NCBI RefSeq assembly: GCF_001194135.2
Contig: NC_068985.1
Span: forward strand, 106,725,102 to 106,789,101
Direction of reading: 5' to 3'
Length of the DNA stretch: 64,000 bases
Source: Octopus bimaculoides
Taxonomy: Eukaryota
In this document: piece after piece, positions 15,291 through 29,388 of the stretch
How the letters are laid out: the number at the start of each line of letters is the position of its first letter
Position numbering within the stretch: position 1 is the first letter of the stretch
Notes under the pieces: model-generated
Seen by the model: the letters and a program-made list of their open reading frames with translations, nothing else
What the model was told of the DNA's origin: nothing
Databases searched by the model: none
Program-made: the position numbers and the translations under genes

Positions 15291-17839
15291 AATAGAGAGG
15301 GAGAGGGAAAGAAAGAGAGAGCATAAAGTAACAGGCTCATATAGCCTAGAAGCATTATATGAAATCTTATTTTAATAGTTAATACTGAATGGGAAGAGGA
15401 AAGCAATAACCATCATTTGAATGAAGTCCCAGGGAAGAGAAATGAAAACAACTATTTAAAACTTTAGTGCAGCTTCAATACCTTACAGAATTCTACTATG
15501 ATATGTTTATAAGGAGCCAATTAAAGTGTAGTTCTACTGGTCTATGATTACAAAATAATTTCAAGATATAAATTGACAGAGTGATGAATTTCATCAAAAC
15601 ATAATCTCAGAATCTGTTTCTAAAGGTTTTTGTTGGAAATGGAAAATAACTATACCATAATTGTACAGTGTCATTTGATTGATTTTCGCTGCCTATATGT
15701 GTGTGTCAGTGTGTGTGGTGGAGGGTGGGGGGTTACTTTTAATGACCAGCTTCTCAGTGAAATTTACCATTTTGCTGCTTGCTGCTAGCACTATGTTCTA
15801 CAGAGGTTTCATGAAACATTGACTGTTGAGTAGACATGAACTAAGACACTAGTATCTTCAAAGGTCCTTGACATACTCATCTGTTAAGTAGACTTCATGA
15901 AGCGTATCTCCTCATAAATCATTAGAATAATGACATAGTAGCCCTAGATCAAGCATGGCTTTAATTACAAATGTTGGAACACCTTTTGTATTCTATAAAC
16001 ATGTAGATAATTCAAGAATTAAAGTCGAATAGTTGCATTGCTTAGTGAGGTTGATGATTTTGGACAATTTCAAACCTCAAAAGTCCTCACAAATCAATAA
16101 AAACAACATGAGAATCAACTATATTTCACATTTAACAAATTGGTTTGGAATACTGGGCAAAACAGCTTTAGATTTTGGTCACCACCAAGGTTTATTCTAC
16201 CTTTCAACTTTTGGAGGTTGACAAAATAAATACCTGGTAAGTATTGGGATGGAGATGATAAAAGTAACTGCAACCCATTGTAAGTCATTACTATGATTAT
16301 TAGTGGTAGAATTTATCAACTCCAAAGTACCAGTCTAGTGTTGGGGTCAATTTAATTGACCACACTTGGCCTTGTGCCAAAAATTTGACACAATCATTAT
16401 ATAAAAAAAGAGAAAGGTAAGATCTCAGCAAGTTCCGAGTGTAAACTGATTTGAACTCTCAGTTGAAGCCAATTCATTTCACTTACATTTGCAATTCTTT
16501 ACAGAAAGGTCTTGCTCTATCTTTCTCTTATGGCTTATTTGTTTTACAACACACTGCTTCATTTATGCATTCTTTTTAAACTCAGATGAATAGAGAGAGA
16601 TGCATATAACAGACTAAATAGCATATTTGGCTATTTCAACTATGAATAAAATAAATTAGCTAAAAAGAAAAATGTACCTCTTTACATGAAACATTCTTGG
16701 TCCAGACTTGCAAGTCATGCTGACAATAATTAAGATCTAAAATCTTTAAAGTGTCTGATTTGCTTGCATTAATTTATAAAATTTATTGCACAAAAATTTG
16801 CTTTTTGTGCTGCTGCTTTTCATATAATTTTTTTCTATGTAAAACGAACCAGCTTCCTAGTAATTCATACTAACTTCAACTGAAATGTGAAGAATATAGG
16901 AAGATAACAATTTGGAAAAGTAAACAAAAAGTGAATGCTCGATCAAAGTTAATTATAAATTGAAATTAATCTAAAATATTGATTGGTAAAGAATTGGTGA
17001 AGTTGTAATGTCATGTTTGAAATCAACATGATGCAGTTAACTCCTGCCACCAAAATTTAATATATAAGTTTCCTATGTCACAATGGTTTTAAATATCAGG
17101 CTATTTGTATAATTAATTCATAGATCAAATATGGATCAGTACTTTTATAGCCTCCCAACACTAAGTAACTCCACAGTCACAATTCTACAGTCTTAGCTCT
17201 TCTTGCAAAGATTTTATTCTGGTAGAAGTTGAACTAGTCTTCCATATAGTCTAGCACTGTTTCCCATATGACTTACATGTTTAATATCCATTTTTAATAT
17301 TTAAGAATATACATAATTGCAGCATTCATACTTTATTTATTTAGTTATTTATTTTGAAAGGATTTAGTAATGGCAACATGGGGATAGAGATTGGCCCAGA
17401 TCAGACCATGCACTCAACTTACATGTATATTAGTGTGAAGTGAAAGATATTATTTGTGATGAGTAGATAGAATTAGGTTAATAGAGGAGTTGAGATGAAG
17501 ATCTGAAGTAGTAGAGCAAGCAGTTGATAATGCCAAGTTAAATCAGATGACCTACTTATTTTACTATGCAGTTTAAAACAAACAATAACAACAAAAACAA
17601 AGAGAAAACCAAGTCAGGGGAGAATATCATTGTAGTTCTTCAGCAGAAATAGTAGTTATTGAAAACTAGCTAACTAGGTTTTATGAGTGAGCTAGATTAT
17701 GTGTGTGTGTAGAGAGAGAGAGAGGGGGGGGGGTTGAAAAGACAGTTGAAATTTCATTTACCCTAGGTGAAGACTAGGTCAGCTTTTGGGTGCTGCATAT
17801 GATGCATTATCATCAGCTTTCAGATTTTGACAACAACTT

Positions 17840-18200
17840 TATTTAATTCAGAGATGACCAGTTTATGAAATTGAAGCTGTTTGTGATTACAGGCATGGCT
17901 AATGTGTTTATGGGCTCGATTTTGTTTCTAGCATTCAACTCTGCAGAATAACTTTTACTGGGGTAATTTTGCATGAATTTGATAGTTTCCCATGACAAAT
18001 GTAGCCTTAGTGCATTTATCAAATCCAAATTCTATTGTGATGTTATCACAAAATTGTTTCACTACGTGGAGTGCATACAGTTGTTGATCATTTCTTGCAA
18101 AAAGTTTCAAGTCATCCATATTAGAGAAGATGATAGATGGCTTTTTCTATATACCTTGTATCCATAATTTGTTTCATTCAGGAATTTACTTTGGGGGAAA
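17840..18200 (-). mobile_element. R4/Dong-like (RLE) non-LTR retrotransposon RT fragment
   Basis: xMDDLKLFARNDQQL...IEFGFDKCTKATF and AELNARNKIEPINTLAMPVITNSFNFINW match the RT core and downstream motif of R4/Dong elements. Confidence 0.75.
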
Positions 18201-19104
18201 CAGAGCTAAACAGAATAACAAAGGAGATAATAATTATTACTTCTTTCTGAAAGATCTTTCTCCTTCAGCAACATGCTGACTTTCATGTCCCTTAGACATA
18301 TACTATATAGCATTAGATAAATGTGTTTCTTGAGTCAGATTATACAGAATGTATACTGCACCCTGCAATATTATTATTTGTGTCTGTATATATAACACTT
18401 CGGATCTTTTCTGTGATTTTCTGTGTTTCTGTTAACTACAAATACAATTGTAACTACTACTTTTTTTTTTCCAAATACAGTTAATCTCTCTGTCTTTCTT
18501 TCTCTCTCCTTCACTTGCCAGAACTATACATTTCAAGAGTTTCTCAACCTTTTTTCATCTGGAAGGAGTGAGGTGTTGATCCACAATCTTCTCAAATCAG
18601 TCTTTATTTTGAAGGATTGTCATTGTTACTTGGTCACTTTCAGTGGAACATTTTGAGTAACAGTTGTAACATATTTTACCTTTTCTAATTTAGTGATATT
18701 TAAATATTGCTCACCAGATATGAGTAATACCTATGTTTGTATTTTCACTTGGCTAACATTATCCCACCTGAACTTGGTTGTCATTTTATTTTCTTGTTTT
18801 AAACAAACTCTATTACTATAGGACTACTTATGACTTCAACTCTTACGCTCATGAATATGTTATGTGTCAGTATGTTTAAAGATAAATGCTATCATAATAA
18901 TATAAATTGTAGCATATGTGCAATGCCACACATTCAGTGGATGGGTGTAGTCACTTAATCAACCCAGTATGTCACTGGTGCTAATTTTATAGATTTAGAA
19001 AGATTAAAGGCAAATTTGAACACAAAAAGTAAAAGAATGAAACTAAATACCACAAAGCATATGATTCTACTGGTTCTGCTAATGCTGCACCAGTAATAAG
19101 GATA

Positions 19105-19710
19105 ATTGTTTCAAACATAGGCACAAAGCCCAAAATTTGTTGGAAGCAAGAGATTAGATGATTACATCAACTCTAATTCTTGACTGGTTTATTTTATCCT
19201 ATAATAATAATAATAATTCTTGGTTACTTTAATTTATCCTATAAAAAATTTTGGTTACTTTATTTTATTTTATAATAATAATTCTTCCTACAATAAGTAC
19301 AATGCCAGATATTTGAGAGGAGAAAAGCTAGTCAATTACACGAACCCCAGTGCTCAACTGATATTTATGTTATTGATCATGAAAGAATGAAAGGCAAAGC
19401 TGACTTCGGCAGCATTTTAACTCCGGGAGCAAAGCCAGAAGAAATACTGGTAAGTGTTTGGTCTAGCATGCTAACAACTCTGCCAGCTCGTCACCTTAAA
19501 TCCTATACTAACAATAATAATAATAATAATAATCCTTTCTGAAATTTGGTGGGAGGTGGGTAGTCAATTATATCACCCCCAGTACTTGATGGATACTTAT
19601 TTATCAATCCCAAAAGGATGACATGTGGAATTTAAACTCAGAATGTAAAGATGGGTGAAATGGTGCGAAGCATTCTGTCTGGCATGCAAATGATTCTGCC
19701 AGTTCACCAC
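19105..19710 (-). mobile_element. Cluster of tRNA-head SINE copies (Octopus-type), interspersed with (AAT)n
   Basis: Reverse complements of gagctggcagaatcgttagc...gagttcaaattcc...ctttgcctttcatcc...tactggggtc; A- and B-box-like motifs in the head. Confidence 0.8.
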
Positions 19711-20486
19711 AGTAGCAGCAGCAGCAGTAGTAGTAATAGTAATAATATTTTATTACCACATGGATTGACAAAAAAATCAAGGACAGTACAGGACAATCCA
19801 GTGTAGTGTTACATTTAACAACAAAAAAGGTGTAAACAAGAGAATATATGGAATTATTGTATTTCTCTCCAGTATAGAAAATGACTAAAAAAAAACAAAA
19901 AAAAAACAGCATTATTAAGAAAGATTGTAAAATGTTTTTGAAAAAGTAATTTCTTTAAAATGAATGAAGTAGAATCCAAATGATTATAATCAATATTTTT
20001 AAACAACATTCAATATCAAAGTTACATGAAATTGTTTTCAGTTTAAATTTCTTAATTATTAAGTATTTTTATCTTGAAATTTGAAAACTTTCTGTATCAA
20101 CATTCTATATAAGGTTTTTATATACAATTTATATAAAATTAAAAAAAAACACATTTTTAATTGATGTTTTTTTTCTTCAACAACAAAGGAAAAAAATAAC
20201 AATAATGATGATTTAAATGTGAAAGCAAGATGAAATATTTGAATAGAGATATAAGTCAGCAGTAGTTGATGATGATTATGTAAGAAAAATAACCAAATGA
20301 GTTGTTATCAGTGGCACTCTAAAACATAAGCAAAACTCAAGGAATGCTGCTGTTTTATTTAATTTTATTTTTGTTTGCAAAAGTTTTGAAGACTAAAACA
20401 AAGTGAAAAAAAAAAGGACATTGAGAACATGATAATAATAAGATGTAGAAATAGTTAAGAGCTAAAAGGAGGGGGGATTTACTCAC

Positions 20487-20559
20487 CTTCAGATCTCTGT
20501 GTACAATACCATGGTGATGGCAATAATTAACACTCTCTAATATTTGCTGCATGCAGTGA
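20487..20559 (-). CDS. CaMKII: CaMKII exon 6b (73 nt): (S)[24 protein letters not shown]
   Basis: Acceptor catatttcag|TCACTGCATG; donor CTGAAG|gtgagt; same length and phase as exon 6a; HRD motif intact. Confidence 0.94.
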
Positions 20560-21929
20560 CTGAAATATGAAAGAACAATGGATTTGCTGATCAAAAAGCA
20601 GCTCACATGTCACCATAGCAACAACTGTCTGACTGACTGACTACCCCATGCATTACTAGTGCAGTAACTCCGCTGCAGCTATGCTTTGGATGAAAAATGG
20701 AGGGGAGAGGGATTGGATTTTGCTTGCCCGACCACTATTCTGTACACTAGCTAGGCAGATTTTCAGCTTCAGAGGACATTGATGAGGCTATTCAAGTGTA
20801 TTGAGGAATAGACGATATACATGCATTTAGGTGTATCTGATTATGTGCTCTTACACATGCACACACACACACACACACATACATACACACTTTCTTCATT
20901 CCTTTGAGTTGTTGGCTTCTGATGGAGCCTTAGGAGCACTGTAAAGAAATACGGTATGTCTTGGGCTTTTTTTAAACCTACCAGAGTCCATTCCTCTCCC
21001 ATGTCTGATCATAGCCAATTTCTTTCAGATGGAAAAAAGAAAGATGAAAGAGAGAAAGAGAAGATTAATCAGCCCCACCACCACCACCTCCCCAGTGAAC
21101 TGGTATTTTATTTGCCTTTTATCCTTTCAGGATTTATAAAGTTGACCTGGAAGGGATCTGAACTTCAAACACAGGGAGTTGGAATGAATATCACAAGCTA
21201 TTTTACGCAACATTCTTACGATTGCCAATTCAGTCTACATACATATATACATACATGTATATGCACATACACGATATGCATGGGTACATATACATGTTTA
21301 TATACACCTTTATATACACATATGTGTGTGTGTCTGTGTGTGCGCATGCATGTGTAATGAACCTCCACCTCATTTACCCTCCTGAAATGCACACACCTTT
21401 GTCATTGCCCACCTCTCTTTCACGTCACACTTCCACTGACAGTCTTCACTAACTCTCTTTCCATGTCACCTCAATACCTGTACTCTTTTTGTTAGCTCAA
21501 ATTACCTTCCCCCTTCCATACTACTGACTAGTTAGTACTCCTTCACCATCAGGCTGCTTCTAAGAGATAAACATCAAACTCTCTTAATCATTGACCAGTC
21601 TACAGCAAAACCGTATTTTTCTAGGCTACTGCTGCTTATCTCTCCATGTATACATTCCTATTATCATTCATTACTCTTGTAGCACAATCTATCATGTTTT
21701 ACCAATTCACTTTTCCACCAACGTCAGCCCTCTTCTCCCCACTTCACACTAGTCCATTCTCTGCAACTGCGCTTTTCAACTCATTTTCCCTTGAATAAAT
21801 GGAGACCACACAGAGCTAAGAGGAACCAGACACAAGGCAACCCTCATTAATTATGGTGTAAGGATAAGTTGCATCCTTTTATGAAGTGGTGGGTGAACAA
21901 ATGGAAAAATAATAGGTTGGAAGGACGCT

Positions 21930-22285
21930 TAGTCTTGTCTTGGCCAGGACATGACAATCTCTCCAGTACTGATGCCACAATAAATACATCCTGTACACCA
22001 TAACAAGGTTGGTGAATGAAACATTGTAGGGTTCAGGAGAACATTTAATCTCAACGAGGGCATGACACCCTTGCTAGTACTAGTGACATGAAAAAAATGC
22101 ACCCAGTACACTGTGTAATGTGGCTGGTGTGAGGAATGGCATAAAGTTGTAGACAATGTGCCAATAATAATAGATGATAGAGGTGTGGTCTCCAGTCCAG
22201 CCATTTCTAAAAGAGCACAAACTGTAAAGAACTGTCCAACATATGTCAGCATGGAAAGTGGATGCAAACTGATGAGAATGATGTG
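21930..22285 (+). mobile_element. RTE LINE 3' end / tail repeat
   Basis: aaaatgcacccagtacactgtgtaatgtggctgg...cagcatggaaagtggatgcaaactgatgagaatgatg, the tail family that recurs through the window. Confidence 0.55.
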
Positions 22286-22303
22286 TGTGTATCTATCTAT
22301 CTA

Positions 22304-22397
22304 AGATAGATAGATAGGTAGATAGATAGATAGATAGGTAGATAGATAGATAGATAGGTAGATAGATAGATAGACAGATAGATAGGTAAGTAGATAG

Positions 22398-22460
<63 letters not shown>

Positions 22461-22478
22461 GATAGATAGATAGATAGA
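22304..22478. repeat. (GATA)n microsatellite
   Basis: Seen directly; it produces the YLSI-repeat ORFs in the track. Confidence 0.98.
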
Positions 22479-24136
22479 GGTACATGTATGCACATAAATA
22501 TGTGTGTGTATCAATATATACACATCTGATGAGGAAATTACTTATGTAATAAACGTTTCCATAGTTTTTCTATCTGTTGTCACTGACCTGTTTGGTCTGT
22601 TTCAAGTAACTAGGACAGTGCATGGTCTTTCATTGGTCATTGATATAGTATGAAACAGAAGTTAGTCAAGAGATTTTATTTTAGGGTGATACTGTCCTTC
22701 TTAATAGTTACAGTTTAACATGATTGCAGCATCATTAAATTACAGATCTGAAGCACCCAAACACATATACATGTCTACATGTGTTCATTTTTACATATTT
22801 TTACGATGTTTGCATGGGTCAGATGGAATTTGTTGAAGCAGTTTTTCTATGGCTGGATACCCTGTTCTATCACCAGCCTCCCACCTGTTTTCCTATGACC
22901 AAACATGATTTTCACTGAGGCCTAGAAACAATTACATTGCTTAGACGATAGTGATGCTCATTTGCAACCATCACATAATGTCAAGACAAGGGTACACACA
23001 CACATACATATAGACAGCAGACTTCATCTGCTTTCTGGTTACTGACTCCACTCACAAGGCTTTGATAAGCCCAGGGCTATAGAAGAAGGCACTTGCCCAA
23101 GGTGCTACGCAGTGAGACTCAACTTGAGACCATATGATTGGAGAGAAAGCTTCTCAACCACACAGCTATAATTGTGTCTATCATAGCCACTCCAGTGCCT
23201 AACGCACCCATACTCGCAGTTTATATATAGTACATACATTCATATATAAAACCTAATTGTAATCGTTTAAGTAAGAATGTTGATCATAAATACATCATCA
23301 CTACTCTTAGGACTACTAATCTTTATAGTCGGGATTATATCTTATTCGTTTACGTGACACTTTATTTATATATTGTTTATTTAGGGAACCTAATAGAAAA
23401 TTCTCCACTCCTTTTTTGATTTATATGTGAAAACTAAGGAAGATGTCATTCCTTTACATATTTAATTAAATTTAGCTAAACATGCTTCCTCTTATATGGA
23501 TGAGAGAAATGTTTAGTTACTGAAAGTGGGGAATGCATGGAAAAGAGAAATGGAGAGGGGGGAGGAGAGATGGAGAGAAAGAAGGGAGAGAGAGACAGAG
23601 ACAAACAAACAGAGGAAGGTCTATCCAATAATGGTGTGTGTATTTTTGCATGTGAGTTGGTTCACTAATGATACACTGACTAAAATTGATAATTTTATAT
23701 TTTGATTTGAAGAATTTTTTAACCATTTCTCTCACAATATTCGCATCTGATCTTTCTCAGTAATCTTTAAGCCTTTTATTTAATTCCTAACCATTAAATG
23801 GTAGAGATTTCTAATAACTTCTTTCATTGCTTTTCACTTTTTTGGCCCCTGTTCATTTATTCTTTTCTAATTAAGTATTTGTGGTAAATAACCTGTCTTT
23901 ATTTTACTACTTTACTATTTATTTATATTTCTATAAATTTGTATTGTGTGAAGATGGATATATGACTGAGAATGTGTGTTTTGTAGAGAATTGTCTGTAT
24001 ATATGTGTGTTCCTGTGTGTATGCATAGAATGATATAAGTGAAAGGCAGATGTTCACATGTGAGAGAGTGTGTGTGAGAGAAAAAGAGAGTATGTATGTG
24101 TAAGAATATATACAAATACACTAGTGCAAACACATG

Positions 24137-24184
<48 letters not shown>

Positions 24185-24454
24185 TGCTTTATTTTCAATA
24201 CTAGGTCAAAGTTCACAGATATATGTGTATGTGCACGCGCAAACATCATGTATACATAGCACAGAGTGAAACCAACGTTCTGTAATGAGAAAAACAGGTG
24301 TGAGGAGTTCTGGAGTACAAGGCAGAATATCATCACAGATTATGACAGCCTTGGGGAAAAGTGTATATGAAATAAATGCAGTACACATGCCATTATTGAT
24401 CCAAGGAAGAGACTGAATGTTAATGAGAGGTTATTGAATGTAGGGAATGCATGG

Positions 24455-24485
<31 letters not shown>

Positions 24486-24549
24486 TGAGTCCAGCCCATT
24501 TGGATCTGGTAAAGAGACCAGCTACCAAAGTTGACAGCACGGTTAAAGA

Positions 24550-26100
24550 TATGAGGGCAAGCAATGTAGATGAACTATTGACAATACCCAGTAAAATAGG
24601 ATACATGCTATTCACACACACAGCCAATTAGTCAATCAAAGAGTAAAAGATGTCATTCCTAATGGCTATCACACAGAGTGCTATCATCAACTACAAAGGA
24701 TATGCTCTAGAAAGAAGTGAATACAGAGGTATTAAATTGATCGACTAGGATACAAATCACAGCCACAGTCCAATGACTAAAACAAGTAAAAGATAGATGA
24801 GATGCAGTTTGTTCTGGAGCCATGATGAGATATAACTCATACTTTCTTCTTAGTGAGACAACCACAGAAGAATTTTTAAGTACAAGCCATTATAACTTGC
24901 ATTTGCTGATGTGGAGAAGACCTCCGACAGGGTACCATGAACTGTAGTCTAGTGGTCACTAAGTAAACTAGATATAAATGAATGGTTTTAAGAATCCATG
25001 CAAGCTATCTATGAAGACACTGTCAGCAAAGTGAAGGTTAGCAATGAGTTCAGTGAGGAATTTAACATGCAGATAGATGTCCATTAGGGCTCAGTTCTTG
25101 TAGCCGAATCTGTTGAAGAATTAGAGAAGAAATTCTAGAAAGCAAAACCTAGTGCCAAGAAGTCTTAATATAAACTTAGCAAAGATTAAGTATCTTGTCA
25201 GCAAGAAAGAAGACAACCCACCAATGGCATCAGGGAAGTTATAGAGAAAAAATGCAGGTAGGAATTTGATATAGTCTAGCCAATGTAAATTATGGCTATG
25301 CAAGAATTAGAGTTAGGTTGACAGTGAACAATGACTCCGTAGGTAACAAATGTACAGAAGTAGTCAAGAGTTGGAAGACCTATGGGATACATTCTTTCAA
25401 ATGCTTGGAAAATTCCATAAAAGTAGAATACTTCTCTTAAAAATGTGACTAAATTAGAAGTGGAAAAGGGTATTTTACAAGCATACTAAACAGGAAAAAC
25501 AAATGGTGTGGAAAATATTTCATGAGCTGTTACCCCTATGAATTAAGCTTAATTGTATAAAGTGGGATATTTTCATGGTAGCAGTTCATGTGCACTGAAT
25601 GAAGAAAGCATATAAAGGCTAGAAAGAATGAGAAGAATATGGGAACATGACATAAAATGAATGTATAAGGAGAGAGGCAGTCAAGCATATTTGGATCCAA
25701 AGAAGTTAAAAGAATGGACCTATAGAGTTAAAAAATATGAAGGCAATTAAGACTAGTCTCTGAGATGCTGAAAATATCTGGTGAAATAGGACAATGCTAG
25801 TCACATGCATAGTCAATCAGAGTAAAAAGAAGTGTCTAGCATCAGTGTACTTGAACAGAGCATGAATAAATTCAGAGAAAGACTGAGTATAAAAAGAAAC
25901 AGATGCAATGTGCAAGAGAGAAGGTTGCCCTGGTACAGACTTCTCATTGTGAAGGATGACAACTGTGTAAAAAAAAAGTGTCAAGCACTCAAATGGAAAG
26001 AATCTTTAGAAAAAGGGAGACATGAGAAGTAGTAAAAGTTAGTCTCTGGACGCTGAACATCATGAAGGAGATGAAGAAAAGGAACACAAGTGGAAAGATG
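24550..26100 (+). mobile_element. Decayed RTE-clade LINE (RT domain to C-terminus) with a short SINE-tail insertion at ~24759-24795
   Basis: YRGIKLID, DEMQF, FADVEKTSDRVP, SKVKVSNEFSEEFNMQIDVH*GSVL, AESVEELER and RCNVQERRLPWY...DDNCVKK occur in the expected order. Confidence 0.8.
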
Positions 26101-28056
26101 TTGCACTGGAGTAGACATGAACACCCCACATGAACAAAAAAAAAAGATTTTAAAAATTATCAAGTTTGTACACACACACATATGTATATATTCACACATT
26201 GTCCTAAACCAGGACTGCTATGTTATGTTGGTAAATAATCTTTACTCAACAATGTCACCATTTACGAAAGATTCTTTAAGAAACTTTGGATGGTGCACCA
26301 GTTGCAAGCCAAAGTAATACATGAGCAAATTAAAAATCTAAGCCATTATCTCACTTGGGTGGGGGAAAAAGAAGTGTTAGAAAAGTAATGCAAAAAGGCT
26401 GAATGTTGAAATGGAAGTAGTTTGGGAAAGAAAGATGGACAGTTGAATAGGATGAATAATTAGAACCACAATAACATCCCAAAGTATGCTGTTCAACTTA
26501 TAACATTAAACTAATTTTCTCATTCAGTTTCTTTTTAATTCTTTTCACTCTTTCCTTCTCTTCCCTCTTTCACAGACAATTTTTCTCTCAGATGATAATG
26601 TGTGTATGTGCATATGTATGCATACCTAATGTTTACATATAAGTATATATGTATGTGTGTCTCCTATATCTACAGATGTATATTTATGCATAAACACTCA
26701 ACATGCATCATCATCATAATTATCAACGTAGTTTTATGTCTACTTTCCATTCTGGCAGGAGATGTACAGGTCACCAAGGACAAAGTCAGTATATAAGGTG
26801 CTGCTCACCTAGATGGGTTAGTGAACTGCACCTCACTCATGCCTTTCACTTTTGGCTTGGTTGCTACAGCAGGCTGCCCTTCCTAATACTAACCATTTTA
26901 CCAAGTGCACAAGGTACTCTTTTTGTTTTGTGACACCATCACTTGAAAGAAGTCATGTTGTCAACAAGAGTCCACTTTAGAAAGTGTAATGGACACTATT
27001 CTGTGGCACCAGTGCTAGAGAGGTAACTATATCAATGATAAGACTAAAGGGGCTTTTGAACCTATGTCTCTATGTCTCTACTTGCTCACTGACCTCTTTA
27101 CAGATTAAGAGGCAAGGTGTGAGTGATTCAGTGATAGAGGCATCAATGCCAATGGTATGTCATGACAGATGCATGATAGGGCCACTGCATTTCCTAGACA
27201 TATGTACAATCAAAGTAATGTGATCAGGGGGATAAAGTAATGGCAGAAGGCAATATGATCAAGGAATTAAAATGATGTCAAGGGAAGAGTAAGAAACAAG
27301 AGTATAATGGCAAGCACTGATGTCACTAGTGCAGGAGTGGATGACAAGGATGAATATATATATATAGGGAGAATTCACAAAAAAGAACAAAAGATGAAGA
27401 CAGATGTATTAGTATAACGGTCGGGAAGTGAAAAAGTCTTTAAGCCTACACTCTTCCACAGAAAGAAACAAGGAGAGAAAAAAAGAATGTGTAGTGGCTA
27501 GCGATCTATCATGGTGAATATATATATAATTAAAGAGAGAGAGAGAAAGAGAGAGTGAGAGAGAGAGTGTGCAAGCATATATATGTGTTGATTTAAATTA
27601 ATATCTACTATAATAAATTTTGGAGTGAATTTATATATTTCATTTCCGTTTCACTAAAGTGTAGTAGGAAAAGGAGGGAAAGAGAAGAAAGTGGGGGTAG
27701 TGTTCAAGAGAATGGAAGAGTGAAAGGTAGAGTTGTGAAAGAATGAGTATGAGAGAGACAGGAATAGGAGATAAATGAGAGGAAACAATAAAGGGACAAT
27801 AGAGAAATGGAGAGACAAATGACGGGAATGAAAAAGATAGTAAAATATAAACATGGCTGATGGTGAAAAGAGAGAAATTTATGGGATGCATCTGTGCAGC
27901 AATAACAACAGAGGTATTTACACAAAGACACACATACATAAAAATATTCAGAAGTCACTTTAAAATGAACACTCATATCTCATAGTGATTAAGTCCACAG
28001 ACAAATGAACACAGAGAAATACAAATACAGCACAAGAGCTAAAAACACATACATAC

Positions 28057-28090
<34 letters not shown>

Positions 28091-29388
28091 GAATGAAAAT
28101 TTGGATTAATAAGTTTAGCAATCGTGAACAGATGATCAGAAATGCATTATTTGTGGTATTGAATACTATATTTTAAATATTTGTACTGTGTTATGCATTC
28201 ATTTTTTTCCTAAGTATAGATATTTAGCAAATTTTATACATTTGGTTTTCTTTTTGTAGGTTGCTTTCCTTTTCTCTGAAATTTCATTTAGTTTCTGAAA
28301 TAATATAACAATCAGCAATCTGATTTATTAAACAAAATCCGGTTTCACTGATATATATTTCTAAAGTCTCAGATGAATAATTCAGGTTGAATTACGTAAC
28401 AAATAATCCAAACAATGTGTCTGAAATAATAAATATAAGACAGAATTAACATGACTGTCATTCATATATCTTCTAAAAGAAGTTTTGATGCATGTATATA
28501 TGAATAGATATCTTTTCTGTCCAGTTGAATTATTCATTATATATTAAATTTTATGTAACGTTTTACTCATCATATAGCTTAGTGATAAAACTAACACAGA
28601 GGTCCAAGAGTTCAACTCCTTTTAGAGACAAATATACACGCTGATCTATATTCTCTATAATATACTGCGTTGTTTGTTTGTGTATGTGTGTGTGTTTATG
28701 CGTGTGTATTTTGTTTTTGCATTTGATTTGCAAGATTCTTTATGCGAATTCGTGTGACTCTTCCTAGACACAATAATATACACACACACTCTTCCTAGAC
28801 ACAATAATACACACACACACATGTTTACATAACTTGTTATTATGTATTTCAGTAATAGGACTAATGAAATAAGCCATAAGTTCAACTCTTTTTAGGGATG
28901 AAAATATACGTCTATATCATCATTTTAACATTTACATTTACATGTTTGTATGGGACAGATGAGACTTCATTTAGGTAGAAATTTTAAACTCTGGATGCTC
29001 TTCCTGCCCCTACCCCTCACTTTTTTCCCAAGCAGGTTAATGTTTCCCACTGTCATTCAAATAATGGACACAAACAACACTGTTTGCAAGAATAGTGACA
29101 TATTGCTCTGAGTGTGCCCACATCAAAAACAAGACAAATCTACAGTCAGTATCCACATACACATCCAACAGGGTTCTTCTAATTTTCATCTACCAAACTT
29201 CGTTCACAATGTATTGGTTAACATATGGTTGTAGTATAGGACACCAGCCAATTGTGTCCAACAATAGGAGCTAAACTTAAAACATGCCTCATCTGAAGCA
29301 AACTTAAGAGATAGATACAGCTTGTACACTTTTCTTCTTTCTTTCTCTCTTTCCCCCTCCCTCTCTCTTTCTCTCTCTCTCTATATAT

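Noticed and set aside
22293-22523. ORFs made of YLSI, HT, YI, CV or MYVC repeats here and elsewhere, and ORFs spanning N runs
   Set aside because: Translations of microsatellites and gaps.
28757-28820. Short tandem duplication actcttcctagacacaataata(ca)n, two copies
   Set aside because: Ordinary slippage next to a microsatellite.
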